NCBI GenBank assembly: GCA_013115145.1
Contig: JAAPAO010000089.1
Location: 1 to 64,000, forward strand
Origin: Perkinsus chesapeaki ATCC PRA-425
Taxonomy: Eukaryota; Protista; Perkinsozoa
Direction of reading: 5' to 3'
DNA: 64,000 bases
Position numbers and translations under genes: made by a program. The notes beneath the pieces were generated by a model, which saw only the letters and a program-made list of their open reading frames with translations, was not told the DNA's origin and made no database searches. Shown one piece after another: positions 1 to 11,703 of the stretch. Positions within the stretch are counted from its first letter, which is position 1. The number at the start of each line of letters is the position of its first letter.

Positions 1-104
1 CCGATACTAAACCACCACTACCACCTCCCAGGGTATATTGAAGTGGCCGATACTAAACCACCACTACCACCTCTCAGGGTATATTGAAGTGACCGATACT
101 AAAC
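1..104. repeat. 46-bp tandem repeat, ~2.2 copies visible (may continue left of the window)
   Basis: Unit ccgatactaaaccaccactaccacctc(c/t)cagggtatattgaagtg(g/a) starts at 1 and 47, with a partial copy at 93. Confidence 0.9.
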
Positions 105-120
105 ATCGGAATAGGGGTTC

Positions 121-180
121 AAAAGGTATTATACCTTTTTATTATACTCCCGGAGTATAATACTCCGGGAGTATTACTCC
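121..180. repeat. Chain of overlapping short palindromes with 1-nt centres
   Basis: aaaaggtat-t-atacctttt (121-139), tattatactcc-c-ggagtataata (140-162), ggagtat-a-atactcc (152-166), aatactcc-g-ggagtatt (159-175), ggagta-t-tactcc (168-180). Confidence 0.9.
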
Positions 181-545
181 CCAACTGAGTGTCACTTGTG
201 ACCACAGAAACTTATGCAAACACTACGACCGGTTGGACCGATTCTGATCGAGCATCACTAAGCTCACAACCGGGCTGACTTGGAACACACAGACCCGGTC
301 AAATCTGGAAAAGGCGAAAAGACAGATGAGCGGTCACGGAATGTGGCCGTCACCTCAGAAGACTCACTCGGTGACGTGACTTGGACATTCACTGTTCGAA
401 TCGAACAGTTCGATGCCCGACTGAAAGCATTCTCGTTTCTCAAGCGTATTTTTGGATGCCCATCCAAGCGAGAAGCCAGTCTGCGAGATTCGCAGATTCC
501 TCTCATGGTGAGTCGTCCAATATTAGCCGTGAGTGGTGCGGTGAA

Positions 546-1292
546 ATGCTGACCGGCTCATTCCCTTATCCAGAACCTCGACCACAACGCATCGACAAAC
601 AGGAAAGCTTCCGCCTTTGTATGTCGCTTATCAGGGTTATTATTGGAATATACATTCTACTAAGCATCTTGCTGGTATGTTCTATTCCATACATAATAGA
701 AGCTTGTGCTGCGAGGTGGGAAGTCCAACTTGTTAACTTCGACATCAGTCCACCTCCGATTTGGATAAATGACCCGCCATTTGGTTTCCACCATCTTCCT
801 CCGGGAACAGATCGCTATGCCAATATCTCCCTTTCATTGTTAATTGCTAACAACCCTTGGTGGTTGATGGTGGATATTCCTAGGATTAGAGTCTCTCCTG
901 GGTTGATGGGCAGTTTTGATCTATTTCCAGACGATGGAGAATTGGACCAAAACGGACGACTCCATTTTAATCAGCGGGTTCCGTGGATGCACTTGGAAGG
1001 GAGTACAGGTCTTTGTCTACCTTCTTTTCTCAGAGCAAACCAGAATCTCACCATTATGTTGGCCCTTGGTACGGTCTTTTCTGTGCTTGGCCATAAGAGT
1101 AGCGATTATAATGTAGAAACCACAGTTATTCATCGATCTCGTAATGATCCCAACAAGGCGGGCGTCAGCCCAAATTGTATAAGCCTCAAGATGACCCTTG
1201 GAGCAGACGATATTGGTCGAGCTGTCATTTATGAACGTGGCGAGTTTGACCAGAAAGGTCCAATAGCACTATATTCTCTACGCATAAAGTAA
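546..1292 (+). CDS. Single-exon hypothetical protein with an N-terminal transmembrane anchor (~248 aa)
   Basis: Long open frame 381-1292 with first ATG at 546. Hydrophobic segment LIRVIIGIYILLSILLVCSIPYII is followed by a beta-rich region loosely like LEA_2 (not confirmed). Confidence 0.55.
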   Translation: MLTGSFPYPEPRPQRIDKQESFRLCMSLIRVIIGIYILLSILLVCSIPYIIEACAARWEVQLVNFDISPPPIWINDPPFGFHHLPPGTDRYANISLSLLIANNPWWLMVDIPRIRVSPGLMGSFDLFPDDGELDQNGRLHFNQRVPWMHLEGSTGLCLPSFLRANQNLTIMLALGTVFSVLGHKSSDYNVETTVIHRSRNDPNKAGVSPNCISLKMTLGADDIGRAVIYERGEFDQKGPIALYSLRIK

Positions 1293-2519
1293 AGGCCGAA
1301 GCTGGTTATCTACTGGTGATTGTGATACGATGCTCAAAATCATTAGAGCACTCATACAAGTATATCTGCACACGTCCTCTCTTGGTGCACGTTATTAACC
1401 GCTTGTAGGAGAGAACAAGACATGTGTGGCCGTCGGAAGATGTGCCAATTTTTGATTTGCGCAACTACTCAGCATCGGGCGATGAGTGCTCTTGACACGG
1501 CTCTCCCGATTCAAGATACACGATTACATCATGCCCAGCTGTTGTACAGTGTACACTTAGGTACAAATACTTATGGATAGACTATTTGATATTATCGATA
1601 GACTATTATGGATAGCCGAGCTCTTTCACAGAACCATCTTCATTGTTGCGTTGATTGGATAACAACAGACTACCAGGCCATAATCTCTACATACTACTAC
1701 GTAGTACGTAGTACGTACGGAGTACGGTGTGGGACTATAACTAGTATCTTGTATCTTTCATGCCATTATATGTCCACCACGCGGGACAGAAAGCTTGTCT
1801 AGCCGCTTGTCGACAGTATTGGTGAGGTCTTCAACCTCCTCAACACTGATAGCTGCGGCAGGCTGCCGCCGGCAGCAGTCTTAACTGCATTCCACAGGGA
1901 CTCCAGGTCGTCGCACTGCCGGATGACTCGAAATGTCTGGCATGACAGTCTCATGATGAGACCGTCATTTACGGCATATTTTAGGAAAATATTAGTGAGG
2001 TAGGCTGCTCCGGGGAGTCGGAGCATCCTGCGCCTGACGAAATATCAATCTCACTGATCTCCGAACTCAACTGTACATTTGATAGTATACGAGAGTGGCG
2101 CGGAACGGGTTGATAAAACTTGTCGGATGAATTATAAATTATAGTGGAGACTTGCCAAGAGGCTCCGTTAGCGAGGAGCCACGAGGTCCACATGGACTCA
2201 CGAGTCCAATAGTGAACCATCGCTCCTTGAGCGCAATGCGACGGTGAAGTAGTACGTGCGATACGACAAAAAACAGTAACCTTACGGAACAACATTGCTC
2301 ACGTCATGGACGATCTATGCTGCCTCGGTCGATGTGCCTCTCGGAGTTTCCTGAAAATGTATGATGCTCGCGACACAAAGACCGCTTCACCTGAGTACAT
2401 CACACCGAGGCGGCTCCAGTCTGGCGGCGGCGGCGAAACAAGCCAACAAGCTTATACTTGAATTAAAATATGAATGCTAACAGTGTACTATTAAAATTTA
2501 TGGCAGTATGAACGCAATG

Positions 2520-4240
2520 ACATCAAAGATGGGAGACAGCGGGATGGAAAGCCAGCACATGTCTTATCAACAACACATCAGCTGCAATTGCTCCTCGAGC
2601 TTCCTTCTCATCGTCATCTGCCCTTAATACCAACCAATTAATCCCTCCAATGCCCTACTAGCTCCGTAATATCCGCATCAAGACTGCCGCCTTCATCATC
2701 ATCACGAACCCCACCAGAGACCCCTTCTGCGACAGGCACTGCCGATCCAACCTACATAGGCGATAATTGTGGCTTTTTCAGTTCAGCTATGCAAAACCCA
2801 CGGAGAACAGCAACGCTGTCGACATGTCACTTGTTCAACGATTTCTCTCGACAAGAATCCCATAAAAGAAGGTAGAATGCAGGAGGAACTCGAATTCCCA
2901 GAACAGTTCTGGGAATTCGAGTTCCTACCTTAGTTACTAACGATTTCTCATGGACTACCTTGACCCCGGACCCATCAGAGATACTCTGTGATGACGGTGA
3001 CGCCAGGTTGGTCATCGACTTTATACTGCTCGGCATGCCTTCACATTTGGGTCCCTATTAACCTACTTAACAATAAGCCTATCCATAACCTACTTCAATC
3101 GAACATGCGCCACTGATTTCTTGCGTCGCACGGATTCTCTCCCTCATGCTCCTCAACGCCTTCTCAAGGCCAGTGACATCTCCGCGCTGAATTCCCTGAA
3201 ACCATCAAATATCAACGGCGACTACAAATCGCCTACTTCTGAAGCCTCGTCCAGACCAACTTTCAACGGAGATAATTCTATGGCGCGTGACTTTACCTGC
3301 AATGACTCCCGCCAAATCAAATGCAAACTTGAACCTCAGCAGATTCTCTAATCATCCTGGCATCCTGACTTTTGCTCAGTAACAACTGCTCCACCATGTG
3401 CCCGACCAATCGCAGAACCTGGCCATCATCCATGCTGGAATATTTCTTGGCCTTCCCGATCATGCTCTCAACTTTTACAAGAAGGCGTAATGGCCTAGTG
3501 GAATTTAAGTCAACATTTGGTGTCGGCGAATTGGGTATTTTGGTTTCCAATCCTGAAGCGGTTTTCGGGTTTTCAATATCCGTATTCAGGTTTCCGGGTT
3601 TCATTCTATCCCTAGGTCCTTGGCAAGGCCTCCTTGCCCACCCTTTCCTCTTGCTTCTGTAATATCCTCCCCAAATCCATCGCCCGAACTTCTTCTTCAC
3701 AACACAGTTCCTTTCCTCCAGTCATCCATCCCATACCCGAACCCATCTGTACATCTAAAAACCCTCTCCCTCACCCCAAGCCCCATCCTTACTCCTCTCA
3801 ACACTTTCAAGACGCTTGGCTACAACTCGAACCTGTGCCTTCCGTACATCCTCCCGACCGCCACGATTTCTCTGACCTCTCTCCTCAGCTCTCGCTTCAT
3901 CTCTGCGATTTCAGCCAGCATACTCGATGTCGAATCAGCAAGGTGATCTCCTCCAAATCTTCGCTCCTTCGCAGCTTCCACATTAAATCCGTCGACTGCG
4001 CATGACGGAATACTCGTCAGCGTCCCAGTTGAGAATCTACAAGCGTCGGATTCAGCACGACCACGAATATCCACACCTGTGAGATCGCGCTCTACTTGAT
4101 GTCGGTGATAATGATTTAACCTACCAAACCCTTCATTACCGTCTACTCGGCGTTACGCTGACCTTTAATGGTAGTGAGCGCCGTGATCTTTCCCGCGCGG
4201 CTGAACGAGACCTGATCAAAATCCAATACCTGCCTATGGT
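2520..4240 (-). CDS. Multi-exon hypothetical protein (boundaries approximate)
   Basis: Co-oriented coding-like segments (3820-4074 MLAEIAEMKRELRREVREIV; 3317-3700 LRLLVKVESMIGKAKKYSSMDDGQVLRLVGHMVEQLL; RSRSAARERSRRSLPLKVSV near 4150-4210) separated by GT-AG-like gaps. No family recognised. Confidence 0.35.
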
Positions 4241-4379
4241 CCCATGGACCGGATAAAATATTTTTCCCAAAATTTCCGGAAATTAAAATTGCAACAAAGA
4301 CCATCAGACGCTATAATAACGCTTATAATACAAGACTCGATATCGAAAGTCTAGCAGTAAAATTCGGCACTTTTCTTTG

Positions 4380-6208
4380 AGGTCGCCGCTAAGATATCAA
4401 CAACAAGCGTCCAGAGCGGCATTCTACCCAGTAGTACCTAGCAGGCTTGTTGCCATAATAGATAGTTCTCGTTCCACAGTGAGCTCGAGCTCGACTTCGG
4501 CCATCCACATTAGCCTCCCGAGATCGTACAGTACTGAGACTCGGCGCTTATCAGCGGGATGGACAGTTGGAGGTAGGGGACCTCTGCGTGCTACGTCTTC
4601 CCCAATCCTTGTGCTGCCTCGCCTCATCAGTACTCCTAAAAAGACTTTAACGTAGCTTCACTCCAACTATGTGTACTCCTTTGGAAGAAGTTTCCAAGAA
4701 AGCGAATGGTAACTCGTAGTTCTGAGAATTATCCTCCGAACTCCACAAGTAACGTTCGAAAAATTTTGCAAACGCTGCAAAGTCAAATTTTTTCCAGGTC
4801 CGAAAGACTCCACCACTGGAAAGTGAATCGCAGTAAAAAAGAAAGACGCCCTTTCCCGAGGACAAATACTCTGTTCAGAACCTCTAACTAGAGAACGATT
4901 TGCTGAACCTCCAATGGCGCAGGTACTGAATAATACCTTCTGATGGACAGGAAGAGCGTATACGAGTGATCGTCTTACATATCGGCCATGAAAATTTTTT
5001 GAGAAAATTCTACGAAATTCCCGTCGATCTTTGCACCCCCAAAAAGGGAATTTATCAACGTCAATCAGGCAAGCAAATTGTGGAACATTTTCCTTCTATC
5101 CCAGCTCTACGAGTTTCCCCCAGGAACGCGGTAGGGCCATTTTAAAAATCGTAACAACTTCGATCTGGCGGCGCCCCGTATCCACCGAGCCTCCAAGAAT
5201 ATCGAATAGTCCACGGAGTGCACCACCATCCCATATCACCTCGAACCATTCCCTTTCCCATCCGCAGTGCAGCAAGCAACGCCATCCGCTGACCAAGCGG
5301 AGCCTCCCAAGCACAACCGTATCATACATTCCGCACCTTACTCTCTCGGCACAGACTCCTCCGGAGGAAAATATCCTCCCTCTGGGATGGAGTATCAGTC
5401 GTCAAGGAAGCTCTTATAATACTGAAAGCAAAAAGAGTTATACCACCGAGAGGATATATTCCTCAAGATGCATCCAATAATCGCTCCCTACAGTGTGGGA
5501 TGATACCGGTGGCATGTATGTCGGTTTTCTCAGCCAAGCTTTGATTCCGCCATTCAATCGACGTATGCCCTGTCGTGTCGAAATCTCCCAGGAGAATGCT
5601 GTGAATTTGTTTTTCGTCGGTAGGCGGGCAGATGCATATATTTCAACACTTGTATTCGCGAAGCGACGTCTCATTGTTTGCGCAGATTTCTGATCTATAC
5701 GCAGTTCTCTGAAGAGATTCAACCACCGAGCCTAATAAGACATCCCGATCTGGACCTCAGACGCTCGCTTTCAGAATGCAAATTATTCGCCCTTTCCAGC
5801 TTCTCTCTTATCGTTAGCACTATACATGGCAGGAATTAGTATCGAACTGCACTATAGAATCAATCTGAGTACCCTTCCATAAAAATTCCTCCTATCCAAC
5901 TCTAGAAAACCAAACCTGGTATCCTTACCTTTCCCGAAGCAATAACGGGCACCGTTGAGGCTCCGATGTAATCACCGCCGATCCCCCCTCCTGCACTAGC
6001 ACACCGATCAATAACGTTAATCCGAGTCTACCATCTCGATGGGAATATCTGCCGTCCGCCCAGTGGCGATGGGATAATAGTAGCTGGGCAAGGAGGACAC
6101 ATCACTGAAGGAATATTCAGACGAAGATGCCATTACCAATTGGAAGTCTCTTTTGGGACAGTATTTACCACTTCCAACGCAAGCGCGAATTTGTAGAAGA
6201 ACGCTCAT
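4380..6208 (-). CDS. Multi-exon hypothetical protein (may join the downstream gene)
   Basis: Series of minus-strand ORF pieces at 4424-4627, 4647-4865, 5096-5329, 5438-5722 and 6017-6208 with protein-like composition. No family recognised. Confidence 0.3.
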
Positions 6209-6891
6209 GACTCCGTGCAGAATGGAAAAAGCCGAATACTCTACTCACCAGACGTACAACTGTGTCCATTAGGAGTAACCAGCTCTCACGCTGGTAGCAA
6301 AAAAAGACTCCCCTGACAGTCTTCTACGGTACAAGGCTTTCGCGAATCAGGGTAGACTACCACACCGGAATGACCGGGAAAGCCCCCAACCGACGCCAGA
6401 ACTGTCGCTTTAGCCTTTGTTAACGTCACTTAGTTTGAGCTTCTCGAGTCCAATAACCGTACAATGCCTCAACAATTGTTCCCTTGACCATTTCCCATTG
6501 TCCTTGATAATTGGTAGAGGTCAATAACGCTCATCATGCCTAATCAGGTCGCACCGTTAGAATCAACTTTGATTTTTCAAGCTCCAACTGCCCATGACCG
6601 ACTCACTTTAAGAGACTCTTAATGTTGAAGACCTATGACAAATGAGGGTGCTCGGTGGTGATACTATACTCATCATACTTGCCTATAATAGTACAAACTA
6701 CTGTAGATATAATAATATACAAATGATCGTGCACAATATAAATAAGATGCAATCTGCAACTTTGCAGATGTTATATAGTATATTATGGCTCCGAACTCAC
6801 CATCACCAAAACGAACAAGTCAAGCGCCGTTTCTCGAGCTGAGAGTATTACTTCTGGTGTCGGGACAAGATTCCCTTACACTCGGCAACCT

Positions 6892-7100
6892 TCGGGTTTC
6901 CCTTAAGCTCTCTCGAGCATCTCAACTTCAGAGATGTAAAGAGTCCTTCATCCGTAACACCTGATGTGGTACGTTGTCTGTTCAAACTAAGCCTCGTCAT
7001 TCACCGTTACATATCCTTCTGCGAGGGAAAAGTTATCGATTACCAGGGCGGGCGCGATATTATCGCACTCGTTGACAAAATTCAGCAACTCCAAAACTGA
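6892..7100 (+). CDS. Possible thioredoxin/PDI-fold C-terminal fragment
   Basis: Open frame reads FGFPL...YISFCEGKVIDYQGGRDIIALVDKIQQLQN*, resembling the GFPT...GK..dY.G.R end of PDI-type domains. No CxxC found upstream. Confidence 0.25.
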
Positions 7101-7750
7101 GTACTGCTGCTCACCTATTGGTGATTTGGTCGGGTTGACTTCAACCAGTGTTGGTATATGCCCAGCGGCATCGGCATAGTGTCGAGGGAATAGAAGTTTT
7201 TGGGGGAAATTTTACAAAATTTCCGTGGTTTTTTTCACATTGCGAATACCTGAAAAGGTGTAATTTTTATATCTATTCGGGCAGGGGATTCCCCGGCTCA
7301 CCTGAGGGAGGTGACCGACAGACATCTCAGGAGATTTTTGCGCTGTAATACAGCAACATCTCGATTAATTGAAAATATACTAGAATTATGATAATTTGAT
7401 TATCTAATTTATTTTTATTAAAAATTATTATACACCTTTTGGCTTGCCTATTAACACTGCAGCAGCCTTGCTGAGTTGTATTAAATGGCCGCCAACTATC
7501 CTGGTAGCAACTTTTCCGGGCCTCCGCACTCGGCAGGAGGGAGCTCGCAAGGTGGTATCCCATACCGATCCCTCGACCAAAATACGTTTTATTAGGTCAA
7601 CAGGATCCCTTCGCCGCTGCCGCCGCCATCGCCGCAAAAACTGCTGCATCGTTGACGAGTCAGCTCAGCCAGAAGGCCGAGCAAGCCGGTGCGTTCAATT
7701 CGGTAAGGTCCCCTTAGTGCACGCTGGTTTGATAGATCTGTTTCAGGGTT

Positions 7751-10358
7751 ATGGCCAACATGGGGATGAACGAAGGGTAAGCCAGGAAAGAAATGCCTCG
7801 AGTGAATCTGTGCTTGTCTTCTGAAGCCGGGGAAATATTTGACGAAACTTCCTGAAAAGATTCGTGGTCCCGTAACCTCCCCATCAGTCGCCGTACCTCT
7901 TAAAAAGCCTAGTAAATACCTGTCCCTCCGTGAACTGGCGGCATGCTCGAAAGATCTTGAGCTCTGTGTTCTCAGCAACTTTTCGTCGGTGGCATACCTG
8001 ATGGTATGACCGATGATCAGTTCCATCAATATTTTGCCCAATTCGGCAACGTCGACAGGGCCATTATTATGACCGACAAGATGACCGGTCGCTGCCGAGG
8101 TTTCGGATTTGTAACGTATTCCAACAACGCTGAGGTGGAGGTAATAAGAACGATGACGGCGGGTCGAGGGTTAGTGGTTGATTGGCTCTAACTCAGAACT
8201 GCTTGGCGAACGCACCTCATCATCTAAATGGCAAACGAGTGGATGTTAATCGATCCCAGGACCCTCATAAGACAGAAGGAGGTACTTAGGAGGGGAAGGT
8301 TTAAAATGTATGTGGTAGGGAGCATTATCATCTGGAGATATAATATATAAAGTAGGCATAATATAGATGTAGGATATATAAATGTAATGAGGAAGTGGAA
8401 TAAAAATAGTATATAAATGCACACTGCTCTATTGCATGCATCAAATATATAGAAGGCCGCCGCGTGCCTCGTTTTTCCGAGGCCTGGATAGCCTTACTCC
8501 AACATTACATCGACCTTATAGGACTCCGCTAGGGCCCTAGTCTCTCGTTCTCGTGGCTGTCGTATGGCCAGGCGACTCTATAGCTCCATAACGGGCCAAT
8601 TAGAGTTTATAAGGTCGAATGGAAAAATATAGGGCCGCCCAGGTCTATAAGTAAACGAGGCACGTGGCCCTTGCATAATAGTACATACAATGTCTGCATA
8701 CTATATCTCAGAATAGCATAGTTACCTTTTCTGTGGCCATTTTCATCTCATAAACCGACTTGAACATTGTTAAAGCGGTAAAATGCAGAGGAATGCACTA
8801 GTTCGGTGTGTATATTAATGCATAGTGGAAGAGATATTTCTATATCTAATAAAATATATATAGGATCCTCTCTTATGGTTAAATATATGTGAACTCGTTT
8901 TGTCAGGTTGGGGCGACAGGAGCGGCGGTCCGGCACGGTACTACTGGGCGGCTTTGTAAGCTTTTATTTTTCCTTGCTAGTCGCGGAGGAGATGACCCGA
9001 TGAAGGTCTTCTGTGGCGGTCTCCCACAGGACTGTGATTCAGGTAATCTGACGGCCGGGAAAGTATCCCCCAATCCTTTTCTCTTTAGAGCGACTTCGTG
9101 AGCATTTCTCACAGTACGGTAATATTGTCGACTGCATTGCCATGTAAGGCTCCCTATCAAAGTGGTGGCGCAAGTGATGCTTAGGCGAGACCGGGACACT
9201 GGTCGCTCGAAGGGTTACGGCTTCGTAACGTTCGATTCGGAAGACGCTGTGAATGCTGCCATCAACGGCAATAACATGCTCGATGGACGATGGGTAAAAA
9301 CACTTTGAAAGCACTGACTTAGACTGGGCATAGGGAGTATTTATTTTGGTCGAGAGGCCACAGCTATATTGAACCCTATTAGTAAGAGTATAGCTCCCGC
9401 CCCGCACAGGCTTCAGCGGCCCCGATGCTGCTGGGTACCAATACGTCGCATGTGTCTGTCAAGTAGTGACACTGGAAAATGCAACACTCTTTCTTCGACT
9501 CCGGCATCGGCCGCTATATCTACACATTATAATGATAAGTCCGTTTAATCCAGCAGCTTATCGTACGTTGGTCATAGCGGAGCTCGGGTAAGACTGAGTC
9601 ACCCTGGCTAATTCCCGCCAACCTTTTTGACCGGAAAAATTCTTCCATGATGAAAAGCGCTCGAAAATCTTCAGCGGAGTTTCGTAAGCCATCGCCTCGT
9701 ATGCAAGTCTGATTGGAAATATCTTTCGAAAGCAAGAAGAAGAAGCATTGAATGTATTCCTCTTGGGCCGGCGGCATTCGTCTGTTGTTCAGGTAGAAGT
9801 GCGGAATTCTCAAAGGCAGGGATCTGATGCTGGCAGTAGAGGAAAAGGCAGAGGCGGTTGGAATGTAATCAGACATATCGATCGCGTCACGGCGTCACAA
9901 AAATATCCTCAGTCACCAGAATCGGGAATGCAAGGCTACGGAGATGCCTACAGTGCCTGGGCCGGAATGACAGCGGCTCAGCAAGCGTAATGATTAATCA
10001 AGTGGAGTGTTACGGATTTCCGTCCAGGGCGTACTACCCCTATGCAGCGTACTATGCCGCGGCAGCACAGCAAGGCGCTCAGGGAGGAGCTGCTGGCCAG
10101 ATGACCGACCCGTACGCCTGGCCAGGCAATCGAGCTTGCTCACTTTATCTCAGTTACGCTGCCTACTATGCGGCTTATGCAGCAGCCGCCAATCAACAGC
10201 AACAACAACAACAGCAACCGGCGGCAGTGGGGGCGGCTCAGCCAGAATCGTACCCACCAGCGGCACCAGGTATGGACTGGATGTCTGAATTGTGCAATCT
10301 GTCCCCATCAGGTGCTGGCCCGGCTAGTGGTGACACAAACCGCGCTAATCCGTATTGA
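7751..10358 (+). CDS. Two-RRM RNA-binding protein (hnRNP A/Musashi/DAZAP1-like) with Ala/Tyr/Gln-rich low-complexity tail; start uncertain
   Basis: RRM1 exon 7976-8140 QLFVGGIPDGMTDDQFHQYFAQFG...RCRGFGFVTY. RRM2 exons ~8990-9293 KVFCGGLPQD/RLREHFSQYGNIVDC/RDTGRSKGYGFVTF...DGRW, continuing VEVR at ~9794. Tail YAAYYAAYAAAANQQQQQQQQ; stop TGA at 10356-10358. Confidence 0.85.
9641..9720 (+). ncRNA. Candidate intronic box C/D snoRNA
   Basis: Box C ATGATGA (9647-9653), box D CTGA (9709-9712), closing stem ttcca/tggaa, ~76 nt, inside an intron of the RRM gene. Target not identified. Confidence 0.45.
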
Positions 10359-10776
10359 TTTCCAGTACTATAGACGACGCCCTCGTGTGTGAGGGGGGTT
10401 TTGGTAGGAGTTTGATGAGTGTGTTTGACTGGAAGCCGTTTCGAGTTGACGCAGTTCATCAAACGTATAGACCACCATTACAGATCATCAACACTGTGTT
10501 GTGTTACAACAGTTACAAGATACGTCAATTTTTGGGCGCGCGACGCAACGTCATTGGTAGGGTGCTCCAATGTTCCCCACCTGAAATATATCATTCAATT
10601 TTTGAATAGCTTTCTAGTCCCCTTAGTCGGTCGGTATTGATTTTTTTGAGTTCATCACCTCTAATGCCGACGACCGCATAATACACTAATTATAAGGTCG
10701 ATTTTTATTTGATTTCTAAATGCTCACAACTCGACTTCTTACACAGTTTAATCTTCCTTGAAGCTCACCGCTTATC

Positions 10777-11574
10777 ATGGCAGTTCCTCCAGCAAGCAGT
10801 CCGCCTCCTCCCGACATAGAAGAATGTAGCGCCTGAGATGCCCCTGATGAGCCGGTCGTGTCACACGCTGTTGCGGAGCAGCAAGAGTCTGTCCGCAAGC
10901 CCATCCTGGTGTCGGTCGCCACCCTACTGGTGTCAATTCCCGCCCTGGTTGGTGCCTGATGCTGGCCGGTGCTCGTCTTTGGGCTGCTCGGATTGGCGAG
11001 CACTGCCGGTCTCAACGGTTTCTCCCACACTATCACTTTTGGTCTTAATCTTGCTATTTTTACTAATCTATGTCAGTTCGTTTATGTTGGCACGAAGAGC
11101 AAACGTCGCCACGTTACATGTCACTTTGCAAAGTGGGGTCCCTTCTACTGTGTCGTCTTGGCCACCGTAGGCGTCATGGCTGATTTGACCCGCCATGTCC
11201 TCTTGGACTCTGATAATTGGTTCATGACCGACCCTAGCACAGGGAAGGTCGTCAAGTTCCACTTCGACGATTGCTCTTACCAAATCGATGCAGTTCGTGG
11301 TCTCTCTGATAGCTGCCCCGATATCGGCGTTGGTCCCTTGCTAGTAACCGAGGAGAACGCCTTGGGAGTTGATGCGCCTATGTACAACCCAGACGGTTCT
11401 TATTCTGTATACGGCATTTGGCTTACGTTGGTTGCTACATGGCTTGGCTTCGCTCTCATGTTCATCGGTATAGCTTGGTACACAGACTTGCCTCGGAAGC
11501 TCCTTCGTCAATTCCGAGAAGTCTTTCCTCCGACAGTTCGTGATGCTGAGAGACCTCTCCTACGGAATGAGTAA
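10777..11574 (+). CDS. Multi-pass membrane selenoprotein with two Sec (U20, U61), 265 aa; probably the protist membrane selenoprotein (MSP) family
   Basis: ATG 10777 is in frame with ORF 10969-11574. The only interruptions are TGA 10834-10836 (EECSA-U-DAP, CxxU) and TGA 10957-10959 (IPALVGA-U-CWPVLVFG). Several TM segments (GPFYCVVLATVGVMADLTRHVLLD). SECIS 68 nt downstream. Family assignment is from memory and needs a profile search. Confidence 0.88.
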
Positions 11575-11641
11575 CTCGTTCCCTATTTGCCTTCACTTAT
11601 AGTTTCTGTGTCTCTTCTTTACGATGTGGGAAACCGTTTGC

Positions 11642-11703
11642 TGTAGCGAATGAACCCGAGGTTGTAAACTGCCTTTGGGCACCTGTCTCGGGTGACTGCT
11701 ATA
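11642..11703 (+). promoter_or_regulatory. Type II SECIS element in the 3' UTR
   Basis: Helix I tgtagc/gctata; core ATGA (11650-11653) opposite GA (11694-11695); helix II acccgag/ctcgggt extended by G-U pairs to ~11 bp; unpaired AAA (11666-11668); apical mini-stem tgcc-tttg-ggca. Confidence 0.88.
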
